A stretch of DNA of 64,000 nucleotides from an uncultured Pirellulales bacterium (GTDB lineage: Bacteria > Planctomycetota > Phycisphaerae > Sedimentisphaerales > Anaerobacaceae), in NCBI GenBank assembly GCA_964598225.1, contig CAZRBG010000013.1, positions 7,903 to 71,902 on the forward strand. Reading direction: 5' to 3'. The position numbers were made by a program, and so were the translations under genes. Shown one piece after another: positions 1 to 10,248 of this stretch; the stretch's first letter is position 1; every line of letters begins with the position of its first letter. A model generated the notes under the pieces. It searched no databases, was not told the origin of the DNA, and saw nothing but the letters and a program-made list of their open reading frames with translations.

Positions 1-122
1 AGCTAAAGAGGCCGAAAGACGGTTGGCGTTCGTTGGGACCGGTCGCCAGTGTACCATCGGGGACGATGGTATGAGACGAATTTCTATTTCGGTGGTCCGC
101 TGGCTACACGTAATTTGCGCAG

Positions 123-181
123 AAAAAAAGCGAGGTGGTGGAGGCCGGTTGGGGGGTGACCGGTGGACCACCCTGCCTCGC
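123..181 (-). terminator. Rho-independent terminator reading on the minus strand
   Basis: Plus strand 130-181 forms a long GC-rich hairpin (GCGAGGTGGT..CCGGT-loop-ACCGG..ACCACC..CCTCGC). It is preceded by A7 at 123-129, which is hairpin+U7 on the minus strand. No T-run follows it on the plus strand. Confidence 0.6.
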
Positions 182-553
182 CGAGGACTAAAGTAATCAG
201 TTTCGATTTACCATAAGTATCTATCGGTGGAACCTTAGGACAACTTTATGGAAATTCGGAAAGCACCGGTCATCCGGAGTCCTCGTAAAAAGGCCTCGGC
301 AATGTTCTTGCGTTATAGGGGTAACCCCTATGAGAAAAACGGGGATTTCCCTGATTTACTATAAAAGGCGGCAAGTTATAATCAAAGAACTAAATAGTCA
401 TCCAGTCAGGGCTTCGCTCGATTTGAACTGGATGGATCGGTTGGAAACGGCCGGCATTGCTTATAAGCATCCAAGCCCCTGCGGGTTATCTCGCTTTTTC
501 CTCTCCCTCCGTCCTGCGGGGGCTCCTCCTTTAAAAATAAGTATTTTCCCTAA

Positions 554-582
554 TAGACAAACGCCGGAAATAGTGTTAATAT
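554..582 (+). promoter_or_regulatory. sigma70-like promoter candidate (TAGACA-17 nt-TAATAT)
   Basis: Hexamers at 554-559 and 577-582 with a 17-nt spacer, about 40 nt upstream of ORF 623..1312. Confidence 0.3.
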
Positions 583-622
583 ATATGCTTGCGATCCACG
601 GAGGAGATTCAAACCTCAGGGG

Positions 623-1312
623 ATGACCATTTGGAAAGGGTGGACTCCGCGCTTGATGTGGAGGAGACTTTGTGATGGAAAGGCAGAATCAATGGACCTG
701 CGTTTGCGATGGAAATTGAAAGCTCTGCCAATATGGAACCCGGAAGAATTCCCGTTGAGGTCGGCTATTACGGCTTTAATAACGATTTCCGAACAATCGG
801 CAACGGCAGCCGGGGCACTTGAAGCGGCCCTCGACAAGCTCTCAGACGCTGAACTCAATGAATACAGCCATCCGGGCGAAATCCCTTCTACCTCCGAAGC
901 GATTGCATTCTGTGCAAACAAGAGTGCGCAATCATCGCAATATCAATGGCGGCAACAGGATAACTGTCTCGTGCTTCTCTCGAGAAGCAAACTTGCAGAA
1001 AGTCGTAATATGCCGGGGGTTGCCTTTGAGTTTATTATCCGAACGGGTATCTCTTCCTGGGCGGTTTACAGGGTTCCGGATCCCGGGGAAATACTCGACT
1101 GTGCAATGTACTTCGAACGCAATGAATTGATTTCTCACTCGCAACGCCCTTCGAAATTACCGGTACTTGTTGAGCGGGAACGGCTCCGTTTCAGGCTCGC
1201 CGGGATCCGTAAAGCCATCGGCGCGGCTCTGTTGCCGTTGCCCGCTCGCAAAGACTCATCGGATCAACGCGAGAAATCCGACGAAGTGGCCGTTTCAGGC
1301 GGACTACCCTAA
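623..1312 (+). CDS. hypothetical protein
   Basis: Longest ORF here, with ordinary amino-acid composition. The overlapping minus ORF 616..921 is Ser/Ala-rich, typical of an antisense shadow. No family recognised. The true start may be ATG 692 (MDLRLRW). Confidence 0.4.
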   Translation: MTIWKGWTPRLMWRRLCDGKAESMDLRLRWKLKALPIWNPEEFPLRSAITALITISEQSATAAGALEAALDKLSDAELNEYSHPGEIPSTSEAIAFCANKSAQSSQYQWRQQDNCLVLLSRSKLAESRNMPGVAFEFIIRTGISSWAVYRVPDPGEILDCAMYFERNELISHSQRPSKLPVLVERERLRFRLAGIRKAIGAALLPLPARKDSSDQREKSDEVAVSGGLP

Positions 1313-1460
1313 AAATCTCCCAAAAAAGTGTTATGTGCAAGTTGGCCGCTGGCACTTAACTTTAAGATTTCCCTGAGTACCGTAGTAGTATTACGTGCTT
1401 ACCTCACGGTGAGGCATGTAAGGGAAGGATGTGAGCACGGAGGCAAGCAACCTTTACCGG

Positions 1461-1504
1461 CCCCTGCTGCTTTTCGTCCTCCTTCCGGCAGGGGTTATTT
1501 TTTG
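1461..1504 (+). terminator. Rho-independent terminator candidate
   Basis: CCCCTGC (1461-1467) pairs with GCAGGGG (1488-1494), followed by TTATTTTTTG. Confidence 0.5.
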
Positions 1505-1547
1505 TCATCTATTCCTGGCCATCAAATGCGACAATCTCAAAGAAATC

Positions 1548-1575
1548 TTGTAGGAATCACCGGAATGGTTATAAT
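1548..1575 (+). promoter_or_regulatory. sigma70-like promoter candidate for xylBA (TTGTAG-16 nt-TATAAT)
   Basis: Perfect -10 TATAAT at 1570-1575 and TTGTAG at 1548-1553, about 45 nt upstream of the xylB ATG. Confidence 0.35.
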
Positions 1576-1618
1576 CTGCGACAGTGATTAGGAGTCTGGA
1601 CCTGAAAGGACATACGAA

Positions 1619-3115
1619 ATGGCGCTTTTATTAGGTTACGACGTTGGAAGCTCGTCTATAAAGGCAACTCTTATGGACGCCGGGACGGGAAAAATCCTCG
1701 CTTCGGCCACTTCGCCGGACAGAGAGCTTGATATTGTCGCCGCCGAGGCCGGCTGGGCCGAACAGGCGCCCTCGGTTTGGTGGAAGCATGTTGTCAAAGC
1801 TACGAAACAGATAAGCGCTCAGGCAAAGTTCGATGCCGGAGACATCGGGGCAATAGGCATCTCATACCAGATGCACGGACTTGTCGTCGTCGATGAAAAT
1901 AAAGAGGTGCTGAGACCGTCGATAATCTGGTGCGACAGCCGAGCGGTTCAGATAGGCGAAAAAGCGGCTGAGGACATCGGCACCGACAGATGTTTGAGGA
2001 GGCTGTTCAACCTGCCGGGCAACTTCACCGCGTCGAAACTCCGATGGGTTAGGGCAAATGAGCCGGAACTGTACGAAAGAATTCACAAAATTATGCTGCC
2101 CGGCGACTTCATCGCGATGAAGATGACGGGTGATATAAAGACAACCCCCTCCGGTCTCTCAGAGGGAATTATATGGGATTTCGAGAGCGACGGATTGGCT
2201 GACTTCGTGCTCGATAATTACGGCATCTCAAACGATCTAATCGCTGAGACTGTACCGACTTTTTCCGTTCAGGGTGAGCTGACCGACTCTGCCGCCGGCG
2301 AGCTGGGACTGAAGGCCGGCACTAGGATAAGCTACCGTGCAGGCGACCAGCCAAACAACGCGTTGTCGCTCAGCGTTCTCCAGCCAGGCGAGGTTGCAGT
2401 CACAGCCGGGACGTCCGGCGTGGTTTATGGAGTCAGTGACAAGAAGAACTACGATCCCAAGTCGCGAGTCAATGTATTCGTGCACGTCAATCATTCGCCG
2501 GAAGATCCGAGATACGGAGTGTTGCTGTGCCTCAATGGCACCGGCATCCTTAATAGCTGGCTAAAACACAACTTTGTGGCGGATAACGGACCTGAGTACG
2601 CGCAGATGAATGAGTTGGCGGAACAGGTACCGGTGGGTTCGGACGGACTTGTCATCCTGCCCTACGGCAATGGAGCGGAACGGACACTGGAGAACAGGAA
2701 CATCGGCGCTTCGGTGCACGGCTGGAATTTCAACATCCACAAGAAAGCCCATTTCTTACGTGCAGCCCAGGAGGGAATAGTTTTCGCCCTGAATTACGGC
2801 CTGGAGATAATGCGGGAAATGGGGATCGAGCTCAAAACAGTCAAAGCCGGCAACGCAAATATGTTCCTGAGTCCTCTTTTCGCCGAAGCCTTTGCCACTA
2901 CGACTCACGCTTCGGTGGAACTATACAACACCGATGGCTCACAGGGTGCCGCCCGCGGAGCAGGGATCGGCGCCGGAATCTATAAGAGTGCCGAAGACGC
3001 TTTTGTCGGCCTTGAGCCCGTCAGGACCATCGAGCCAAACGAGGAAATTGCTTCCGAATATCGGCAAGCGTATGAAAAATGGAAAAACGTATTGGATAAG
3101 CAAGCGAAAGTGTAG
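1619..3115 (+). CDS. xylB: xylulokinase (FGGY carbohydrate kinase)
   Basis: 498-aa ORF with the FGGY N-terminal motif LGYDVGSSSIKATL. Collinear with Bacteroidetes-type xylulokinases as I recall them. Directly upstream of xylA. Confidence 0.9.
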   Translation: MALLLGYDVGSSSIKATLMDAGTGKILASATSPDRELDIVAAEAGWAEQAPSVWWKHVVKATKQISAQAKFDAGDIGAIGISYQMHGLVVVDENKEVLRPSIIWCDSRAVQIGEKAAEDIGTDRCLRRLFNLPGNFTASKLRWVRANEPELYERIHKIMLPGDFIAMKMTGDIKTTPSGLSEGIIWDFESDGLADFVLDNYGISNDLIAETVPTFSVQGELTDSAAGELGLKAGTRISYRAGDQPNNALSLSVLQPGEVAVTAGTSGVVYGVSDKKNYDPKSRVNVFVHVNHSPEDPRYGVLLCLNGTGILNSWLKHNFVADNGPEYAQMNELAEQVPVGSDGLVILPYGNGAERTLENRNIGASVHGWNFNIHKKAHFLRAAQEGIVFALNYGLEIMREMGIELKTVKAGNANMFLSPLFAEAFATTTHASVELYNTDGSQGAARGAGIGAGIYKSAEDAFVGLEPVRTIEPNEEIASEYRQAYEKWKNVLDKQAKV

Positions 3116-3164
3116 ACCAGGTCTGTGGTAACGAAGCTGGTAAAAGGAGAAAGGAGCGGCAAGA

Positions 3165-4475
3165 ATGGCTGAATATTTTCCCGGAGTGAAAAAAATAAAG
3201 TTCGAGGGCCCCGATTCCAGGAATCCTCTTGCGTTCAAGCATTACAATCCGGATGAGGTTGTGCTCGGCAAGACTATGGCGGAACATTTGCGTTTCGCCG
3301 TTTGCTACTGGCACACTTTCAAAAATCTCGGCGCCGACCAGTTCGGGCCGGGCACCATTATTCGCGACTATAACGACTCATCCGATCCGATGGAGGTCGC
3401 CGATATGACCCTGGATGCGGCCTTCGAGTTCTTTACCAAGCTGGGCGTCGGCTTCTGGTGTTTTCACGACAGAGACATCGCTCCCGAAGCGGATAATCTG
3501 GCCGAGACCAACAATCGCCTCGACAAGATCGTGGCCAAAGCCAGGAAACTTCAGGCCGATACCGGAATGAAATTGCTTTGGGGTACGACCAACGCCTTCT
3601 CACACCGCCGGTTCATGGCCGGTGCCGGAACTAATCCGTCGCCGGAGGTTTTCGCCTATGCAGCCAGCCAGATCAAGAAGGCCCTCGAAATCACAAAAGA
3701 GCTTGGCGGAGCGGGTTACGTCTTCTGGGGCGGCCGCGAAGGCTATGATACCCTGCTCAACACAGACATGAAACGCGAACTGGATCACCTGGCTCTGCTC
3801 TTGCAGATGGCGGTTGATTACAAAAAGAAAATCGGATTCGACGGCCAGTTCTACATTGAGCCTAAGCCGAAGGAGCCGACGAAACACCAGTATGATTTCG
3901 ATGCGGGCAACTGCTACGCATTCCTGCAGAAGTACAACCTTGTCGATGACTTCAAGTTGAACATCGAGGCAAACCACGCCACCCTTGCCGGTCACGATTT
4001 CTGCCATGAGCTGGCGTTTTGCGTGGCCAACGGCATTCTCGGCTCCGTCGACGCCAATCGAGGTGATATGCTCCTTGGCTGGGACACGGATCAGTTTCCG
4101 AACAACGTTTATGAAACCACTCTCGCGATGTACATAATTCTCAAAAGTGGCGGATTCACCACGGGAGGACTCAATTTCGACGCCCATGTCAGACGCCAGT
4201 CGATCGATCCGGGCGATCTCTTCCATGCCCACGTAGGAGCCATGGATGTTTTCGCCAGAGGACTGAAGAACGCCGCGAATATGATCGAGGACAAAACGCT
4301 CCAGAACGCTGTTGATGACCGTTACAGCGGCTGGAGCAAAGACTTAGGCTCGAAGATAGAAAACGGAAAGGCCGGCTTCGAGGAACTTGAGGCCTATATT
4401 CTTGAACACGGCGAACCACAACTCCAAAGCGGTCGCCAGGAAATGCTTGAGAACCTCATAAACACCTATATCTAA
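3165..4475 (+). CDS. xylA: xylose isomerase (class II)
   Basis: 436 aa. Hallmarks: [59 protein letters not shown] upstream. Confidence 0.97.
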   Translation: MAEYFPGVKKIKFEGPDSRNPLAFKHYNPDEVVLGKTMAEHLRFAVCYWHTFKNLGADQFGPGTIIRDYNDSSDPMEVADMTLDAAFEFFTKLGVGFWCFHDRDIAPEADNLAETNNRLDKIVAKARKLQADTGMKLLWGTTNAFSHRRFMAGAGTNPSPEVFAYAASQIKKALEITKELGGAGYVFWGGREGYDTLLNTDMKRELDHLALLLQMAVDYKKKIGFDGQFYIEPKPKEPTKHQYDFDAGNCYAFLQKYNLVDDFKLNIEANHATLAGHDFCHELAFCVANGILGSVDANRGDMLLGWDTDQFPNNVYETTLAMYIILKSGGFTTGGLNFDAHVRRQSIDPGDLFHAHVGAMDVFARGLKNAANMIEDKTLQNAVDDRYSGWSKDLGSKIENGKAGFEELEAYILEHGEPQLQSGRQEMLENLINTYI

Positions 4476-4829
4476 GCGAATCCAAAAATAACGCTTTTTC
4501 TGGTATATGAGCCGGGGGGAAACACTGAGTTGTTTACGGTGTGCTCCGATCCTGTGTAAGTTGGGCAAAAAACGCGCCATCTAACACACAATCTGGCTGT
4601 TCCGATAATTTCAAGCTTCCGGGACTTGCCACGATTAGTCTGCTTTGCTGGTTCCTGTGCTTTGTTTTCGTCCGGGTAATCACCAGATTTTCGCTTCCAA
4701 GCGGACATTTGAATTCTCACAACTCCCGAACTATGATCGTGTCATAGTAGCCGCAACCAGACCAGACCTCACCAGTTTATACGTCATCGGGCAGGTTTTG
4801 GGGTTTTACGTCCTTTTTAAATATTTCCC

Positions 4830-4858
4830 TTGCTGCATTTTGGATAATGTGGTATACT
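4830..4858 (+). promoter_or_regulatory. sigma70-like promoter candidate (TTGCTG-17 nt-TATACT)
   Basis: Hexamers at 4830-4835 and 4853-4858, upstream of ATG 4897. Confidence 0.3.
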
Positions 4859-4896
4859 TAGGGAAACTTGGACATATAGGTGAAAGAAAACTCAGG

Positions 4897-5577
4897 ATGA
4901 AGATGGTGAGGCGCATATTTTTGCCGGCCATCGACTACGCCAGTGGCTCTTATGCTGTTGTCGAGTCGATTGGGGGGCTCGGTCGCGATGTGGCGAAGGC
5001 TCTGTATTTAGCCGCGCTACAACTGTATACACGGGTTTTCTGCGTCGAAAGGCAAATACCATCAGCGATCAGCCTGGGCGCGAGACTGGATGTTGTGCCG
5101 CGAACACCGAACCATGAGCGACATCGATTAACACTGGGAAAGCACTCACTAATCGAAACTAACAGCGTGGTTTGCACCTGGCACGGAGACGTTAGGCTGC
5201 AAAACGGAGCTATTATCGGCATCGGCAGTATCGTAATAGGCCCTGTACGATTTGGTGAAAACGCCGCGTGTTCACAGCATTGCTTTATCGGCGGCCAATC
5301 CCACCACTACGAAGACATAACGAAGAATTTTCTCAGGCAGGGTTTCGAGACGAAAGAGGTTGTTATTCAACACGACGTTTGGATTGGCTCGAACGCTGTT
5401 GTACTGTGCGGGGTCAAAATAGGCAACAATTCCGTCATCGGCGGCGGTTCGGTAGTAGCCGAAGACGTTCCCCCGTATTGCGTCGCTGTCGGAAATCCGG
5501 CCAAAGTAATCAAGAAGTACGATTTCAAAACAGGGCAGTGGGTCCGGGTCAAAGGTATAGTTCCCGCCGAATCCTGA
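4897..5577 (+). CDS. left-handed beta-helix (hexapeptide-repeat) acetyltransferase
   Basis: C-terminal hexapeptide repeats: WIGSNAVVLCGVKIGNNSVIGGGSVVAEDVPPYCVAVGNPAKVIKKY. I moved the start from 4645 to the in-frame ATG 4897 (MKMVRR), because the upstream 84 codons look non-coding. Confidence 0.75.
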   Translation: MKMVRRIFLPAIDYASGSYAVVESIGGLGRDVAKALYLAALQLYTRVFCVERQIPSAISLGARLDVVPRTPNHERHRLTLGKHSLIETNSVVCTWHGDVRLQNGAIIGIGSIVIGPVRFGENAACSQHCFIGGQSHHYEDITKNFLRQGFETKEVVIQHDVWIGSNAVVLCGVKIGNNSVIGGGSVVAEDVPPYCVAVGNPAKVIKKYDFKTGQWVRVKGIVPAES

Positions 5578-5605
5578 TCCTAAATACCAGCATCTGCCGT
5601 ACAGA

Positions 5606-6655
5606 TTATCCTGTTATCAACATAGCATCCCCGTAGGAATAGAAGCGATATCTTTTCTCGATAGCGTGTTTATAAGCGGTCAAAGTGTTTTCCAGTCCGG
5701 CAAAGGCCGCTACCAATGCTAATAACGTCGATTTCGGCAGATGCAAGTTCGTTATCATGGCGTCGGTAATTTTGAACTTGTAGCCCGGCTTGATAAACAA
5801 ATCGGTGGTGCCTCTAACAGCCTTGAAATTACCATCTGCGAGGGTCTCAAGCACCCGTGTAGAAGTCGTGCCGACGGGGATAATCCGGTCTGCTTCAATC
5901 AGTGCACGGTTAAGTATCGCGGCGTTTTTGGCATCGACGCTATATCGCTCGGTGTGAATCCGGTGATCGTCGAGATTATCAGCGGTTAGAGGCTTGAAAG
6001 TTCCCGCTCCGACATGCAGCGTTACAAAGGCAAAGCAAACCCCGGCTTGCTCGAGCTTCTCGATCAGCGATTCTGTAAAATGCAATCCTGCTGTCGGCGC
6101 GGCGACAGCTCCGGCCTTCTGTGCGTAAACAGTCTGGTAACTCAGCAAATCTTCGGCAGCCAATTCCGGATCATTTTGTCGCTTGATGTATGGAGGCAGC
6201 GGCGCAGAACCAATTATTTCAAGAACCGCACGGGCGTCGGTATCAACGGCCGGTTTGATTCTGCATTCTCCCGACTCGGCCTTTTCAAGCAGCGCGGCAG
6301 TGCAAAAATCGCCTTTTTGCCTGTCCTCAATACAGATTTCTTCCCCGGCTCGGACTTTACGAGCACCCTTCAGGTACACGGTCCAGACCCCGTCGGAGCT
6401 TTGCTCAAGAAACAGACCTTCGAGCTTTGCTCCGGTTAGGCGACGTGCGAAGAATCGGGCCGGGATTACTTTCGTGTCGTTGAGCACGAGACAATCGCCC
6501 GGGAAAAGAAAGTCACCGAGTTTCCGAAAATGACTGTCGCAAATCTCACCTGAGAAGCGATTCAACACAAGAAGCCGCGAATCGCCCCGTACCGGCAACG
6601 GTCTCTGAGCTATCAACTCGGCAGGAAGTTCATAATTGAGTTTATCTGTCTTCAT
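5606..6655 (-). CDS. queA: S-adenosylmethionine:tRNA ribosyltransferase-isomerase
   Basis: 349 aa with the QueA-type N-terminus YELPAELIAQRP..RGDSRLLVL, plus VGTTSTRVLE and HLPKSTLLALV. Confidence 0.95.
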   Translation of the reverse strand: MKTDKLNYELPAELIAQRPLPVRGDSRLLVLNRFSGEICDSHFRKLGDFLFPGDCLVLNDTKVIPARFFARRLTGAKLEGLFLEQSSDGVWTVYLKGARKVRAGEEICIEDRQKGDFCTAALLEKAESGECRIKPAVDTDARAVLEIIGSAPLPPYIKRQNDPELAAEDLLSYQTVYAQKAGAVAAPTAGLHFTESLIEKLEQAGVCFAFVTLHVGAGTFKPLTADNLDDHRIHTERYSVDAKNAAILNRALIEADRIIPVGTTSTRVLETLADGNFKAVRGTTDLFIKPGYKFKITDAMITNLHLPKSTLLALVAAFAGLENTLTAYKHAIEKRYRFYSYGDAMLITG

Positions 6656-6987
6656 GTCAAGACATTATCAGACCCGCCGTAAAATGACAAAAATAATTTC
6701 ATGGAATTTCAGAGGCAGGTTTAACTTGGATTTCACGGAGGATCATCTCAGGCGGCTAAGCGTCGACAGTCTCCGACACATCCTTTTGGCCGCCGTATGG
6801 GACGGGGGCCGGAATTATTGATTTGACAACGAAGCGATTATCAGCATCGGCAATGAGCGCCTAAGGTACAAATTGTCACCCTTTTCACCTTAATGGACGA
6901 CTCGCTAAAGCCCCGTTACTCTGATTTCCGTCGTAAATAGCCGGGAAATAGCCGGATACAATTTTGGCTGTCGGGCCGTTCTGAGTC

Positions 6988-7016
6988 TTGACAACATGCT
7001 TCATCAGCCTTATTTT
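6988..7016 (+). promoter_or_regulatory. sigma70-like promoter candidate for gltX (TTGACA-17 nt-TATTTT)
   Basis: Consensus -35 at 6988-6993 and -10 at 7011-7016, about 45 nt upstream of the gltX ATG. Confidence 0.4.
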
Positions 7017-7062
7017 ATGTGTTTTCTCTTTTCTTCCGCTCTGATATTAGGGCCTTTGGATT

Positions 7063-8706
7063 ATGCCGGACAAGATTGTAACACGTTTTGCACCATCACC
7101 AACGGGCTATTTGCACGTGGGCGGGGCAAGGACCGCCCTTTTTAACTGGCTGTGGGCCCGGCACACGGGCGGGGTGTTCATACTTCGCATCGAGGACACG
7201 GACCAGAAACGCAATACGCCGACAGCCGCAAAGCAGGTTATGGATGACCTGAAATGGCTCGGAATCGAATGGGACGAGGGGCCCGAGGTCGGCGGGGACC
7301 GTGGGCCGTATCTCCAGTCGCAGCGGAGAGATATATACGACAGGTACACAAAGCAGCTAATTGAACAAGGGCGGGCTTATTACTGCTTCGATACGCCGGA
7401 AGAGTTGGACGCCCTCCGGAAAAATTCTGAGGGTTTCACATATACGCGACCAGCAGAGTTTCCCGGCGCCGAAGATGCCGAGAAGGCCCGTGCGGCGGGT
7501 CGGCCGGTAACTGTCCGTTTCGCCGTTCCAAACCAAACCCTGGCGGTGCAAGATGTAGTACGCGGTGTGATCAGCTTTACAGCCGGTGAGATCGGCGATT
7601 TCATAATTCAAAAAAGCGACGGTTTTCCGACGTACAATTTCGCCTGCGTCGTGGATGATTACCTGATGAAGGTCACGCACGTGATTCGCGGCCAGGAGCA
7701 CCTTAACAATACGCCGGGCCAACAGGCGCTGTGGCAGGCGTTGTTTCCGCAAGCGCAGTTGCCCAAATACGCTCACATGTCCGTTACGGTCAGCGATACC
7801 GGCGGCAAGCTCTCAAAACGCGAACGTCCCGAGGCCCTTCGCACGGCCGTAAGAGCCAGACAGGATGCCGACCTCGATGCGCTAGCCGAAGCGGGCGGCA
7901 TAACGCGCGAGCAGCTTGATTCTTTCATCAAGGGCAAGACCACGCCGGATATGCCGATAGTCGATGCAATGGCTCAGCATCTCGGCGTGCACCTGCCGGA
8001 GATCAACATCGTCGATTTCTTCAAGAGCGGCTATTTGCCCGAGGCGATGGTGAATTTCCTGGCCCTTTTGGGCTGGAATCCGGGCGACAATCGCGAGATC
8101 ATGGCGCTCGACGAATTAATAGAAGCATTTGATATCGCTCGGCTGACAAAATCCAACAGCCTGTTCGACCGACAAAAACTCATCGCCTTTAACACCGAGC
8201 ATATCCGCATGACGGCCGAGCCCAGGCGGCTTCAGCACTTCAGGGAGTATCTAAAACAAGTCAAATCACCTGTCGCTAGCGCCGATGACCAAAGTCTTTT
8301 AAGAATCCTCAAACTTTGCGAAGGTGCACGCACACTGGCCGATATCGAACGCAAGTGCAGGTTCCTGTACATAGAGAACGACGAGATCGAATATGATAAA
8401 AAGGCTGTTAGGAAAGTGCTGCTAAAGAGCGACGGCCTGGGCGTTTTGGCAATCGTTCGCGACAGACTGGCCGCAATGGATGAACTTACAGAAAAGAGCA
8501 TTGAAAATATGCTCCGTTCGCTGGCTGAGGAAAAGCAGGTTGGCCTGGGCAAAGTCGCCCAGCCTTTGCGGGTGGCTATTTGCGGGACCACAGTGAGCCT
8601 GCCGATCTTCGATTCGATCCAAATGCTGGGGAAGGAGAACTCTCTCACAAGAATAGACAATACACTGAGAAAATTCAAAACGCACGTTCATGGGGAGCAA
8701 GAATAG
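7063..8706 (+). CDS. gltX: glutamate--tRNA ligase
   Basis: Class I aaRS HIGH-type motif (FAPSPTGYLHVGGARTA) and KMSKS-type motif (KLSKR). GluRS-like C-terminal domain. 547 aa, longer than usual. Confidence 0.92.
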   Translation: MPDKIVTRFAPSPTGYLHVGGARTALFNWLWARHTGGVFILRIEDTDQKRNTPTAAKQVMDDLKWLGIEWDEGPEVGGDRGPYLQSQRRDIYDRYTKQLIEQGRAYYCFDTPEELDALRKNSEGFTYTRPAEFPGAEDAEKARAAGRPVTVRFAVPNQTLAVQDVVRGVISFTAGEIGDFIIQKSDGFPTYNFACVVDDYLMKVTHVIRGQEHLNNTPGQQALWQALFPQAQLPKYAHMSVTVSDTGGKLSKRERPEALRTAVRARQDADLDALAEAGGITREQLDSFIKGKTTPDMPIVDAMAQHLGVHLPEINIVDFFKSGYLPEAMVNFLALLGWNPGDNREIMALDELIEAFDIARLTKSNSLFDRQKLIAFNTEHIRMTAEPRRLQHFREYLKQVKSPVASADDQSLLRILKLCEGARTLADIERKCRFLYIENDEIEYDKKAVRKVLLKSDGLGVLAIVRDRLAAMDELTEKSIENMLRSLAEEKQVGLGKVAQPLRVAICGTTVSLPIFDSIQMLGKENSLTRIDNTLRKFKTHVHGEQE

Positions 8707-8708
8707 AT

Positions 8709-9614
8709 ATGTCGCTACTTGTAACAGGCTCAATAGGAATCGACACGGTCAGAACACCTTACGGTGAAAGCACAGACTGCCTGGGAGGTTCGGCGGTTTA
8801 TTTCAGCATGGCGGCAAGTCTCTTTTCGCCGGTTCGCTTCATAGGCGTTATCGGCTCGGACTGCCCGTTCGACCTTGCGGAGGTCTTCGCAGACAAAGAT
8901 GTCGATTTGACCGGTCTGGAAGTTAGAGAAAACAGCAAGACCTTCCGCTGGACCGGGACTTACAGCGACAATCTGGACGACAGAACGACCGACTACGTGG
9001 AGCTCAACGTTCTGGCGGAAGCGCCGCCGAAGGTGCCCGAGGCTTTCAAGGACAGCAAATTTCTCTTTTTGGCAAACACGGCGCCGGCGCTTCAATATGA
9101 GCTGCTCGAACAAGTCGACGATCCGGTCTTCGTAGCGGCCGATACAATGGACCTCTGGATCAGGGAACATAAGAGCGACCTGGAGACCCTGCTGAAGAAA
9201 ATCAGCTGCCTGGTAATCAATGAGGACGAAGCAAAGATGCTGGCCGACGATCATAATCTGGCCAGAGCGGCCAAGAAGATGTTGTACATGGGCCCAAACG
9301 TCGTGGTAGTCAAGAAGGGCGAATCAGGCTCGATGATATGTACGATAGGCGGCGAGACGTTTCTTTTGCCGGCGTACCCGGCGGTAGATGTAAGGGACCC
9401 GACCGGAGCGGGCGATTGTTTTGCGGGCGGTTTCATGGGCTACCTGGCAAATCGCGGCAATGTCGACTTTGCAGCGTTGAAAACTGCAGTTGCCTATGGC
9501 ACCGTGGTCTCTTCCTTTTCGATCGCGGATTTCTCCCTCAGCGGGCTGACTCTAACGAAGAAGCGCAGCGTGGACAAAAGGTTGGAAATACTGCGAAAAA
9601 TGACACAGTTTTAA
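8709..9614 (+). CDS. PfkB-family carbohydrate kinase
   Basis: PfkB signature DPTGAGDCFAGGF near the C-terminus. Start set to ATG 8709 (MSLLVTGSIGIDTV), 2 nt after the gltX stop. The longer ORF from 8580 overlaps gltX. Confidence 0.85.
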   Translation: MSLLVTGSIGIDTVRTPYGESTDCLGGSAVYFSMAASLFSPVRFIGVIGSDCPFDLAEVFADKDVDLTGLEVRENSKTFRWTGTYSDNLDDRTTDYVELNVLAEAPPKVPEAFKDSKFLFLANTAPALQYELLEQVDDPVFVAADTMDLWIREHKSDLETLLKKISCLVINEDEAKMLADDHNLARAAKKMLYMGPNVVVVKKGESGSMICTIGGETFLLPAYPAVDVRDPTGAGDCFAGGFMGYLANRGNVDFAALKTAVAYGTVVSSFSIADFSLSGLTLTKKRSVDKRLEILRKMTQF

Positions 9615-9629
9615 TGGCTTGAATTTGCA

Positions 9630-10247
9630 ATGCGATGCTTCATAGCGATAGATATCGACGAACAAATAATAAAAGGACTGAGCGACTTACAGGATGAATT
9701 GCGGCGGAAAGTAGATGTCAGAAAAGGTGACGTCAAGTGGGTAAAACCTGAAAATAAGCATTTGACACTGAAGTTTCTCGGCGAGATAAAAGATGAACAG
9801 GCCGTCGAAGTATGTAACGCTGCGGAGGACGTGGCGGCAAGGCACGTCAGATTCGATCTGGACGTGCGGTCGGTCGGCCATTTCGGCGGAAGAAGCGCAA
9901 GAGTTCTGTGGGTAGGCGCCGGAGAAACAAGCGAAGCCCTCGTGAAATTGCACGCTGACCTTGAGCAACAACTGCAACAAGCGGGATGGCCGAAGGAAGG
10001 TCGGAAATTCGCGGCACATCTGACTCTGTGCAGGATAAGAAACTCGAAAGCGGGAATCAAGATGGCGCGGGCGATCCGAGAGTATAAGGATTTCGAACTC
10101 GGTACACTATCGGCAGAGTCGGTTACAGTGTACCAGAGTGAATTAACGCCGCAGGGGCCTGCCTACACGGCTCTGGGCAATTACGGCTTGAAGACAATAC
10201 AAAAAAACAAAGTTATAAAGCGAGATGATAAATTAGGAGAAAAGTAA
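9630..10247 (+). CDS. thpR: RNA 2',3'-cyclic phosphodiesterase (2H phosphoesterase, LigT/ThpR)
   Basis: Two HxTx motifs (HLTLKF, HLTLCR) at the spacing typical of the 2H family. Confidence 0.85.
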   Translation: MRCFIAIDIDEQIIKGLSDLQDELRRKVDVRKGDVKWVKPENKHLTLKFLGEIKDEQAVEVCNAAEDVAARHVRFDLDVRSVGHFGGRSARVLWVGAGETSEALVKLHADLEQQLQQAGWPKEGRKFAAHLTLCRIRNSKAGIKMARAIREYKDFELGTLSAESVTVYQSELTPQGPAYTALGNYGLKTIQKNKVIKRDDKLGEK

Positions 10248-10248
10248 A

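Noticed and set aside
283-335. tmRNA-like stretch on the plus strand. CCTCGTAAAAAGGCC resembles the E. coli ssrA segment CCUCGUAAAAAGCC. It is followed by a short frame (GNVLAL-stop) and a hairpin with TAA in its loop, as in tmRNA helix 5.
   Set aside because: There is no GGGG..UUCGAC 5' acceptor about 65 nt upstream and no canonical T-arm or acceptor 3' end downstream. The would-be tag does not end in the usual ..AA. The resemblance is too local.
598-632. GGAGGAGATTCAAACCTCAGGGGATGACCA looks like a T-loop (TTCAAA) followed by an ACCA 3' end.
   Set aside because: The flanks give only a 4-bp stem with a 9-nt loop. The putative acceptor strand has no complementary 5' partner. It is not a tRNA or tmRNA end.
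4645-4896. N-terminal 84-codon extension of the acetyltransferase ORF.
   Set aside because: The extension has odd composition and no similarity to the family. A promoter-like TTGCTG-17-TATACT lies inside it, and ATG 4897 gives a normal-length LbH protein.
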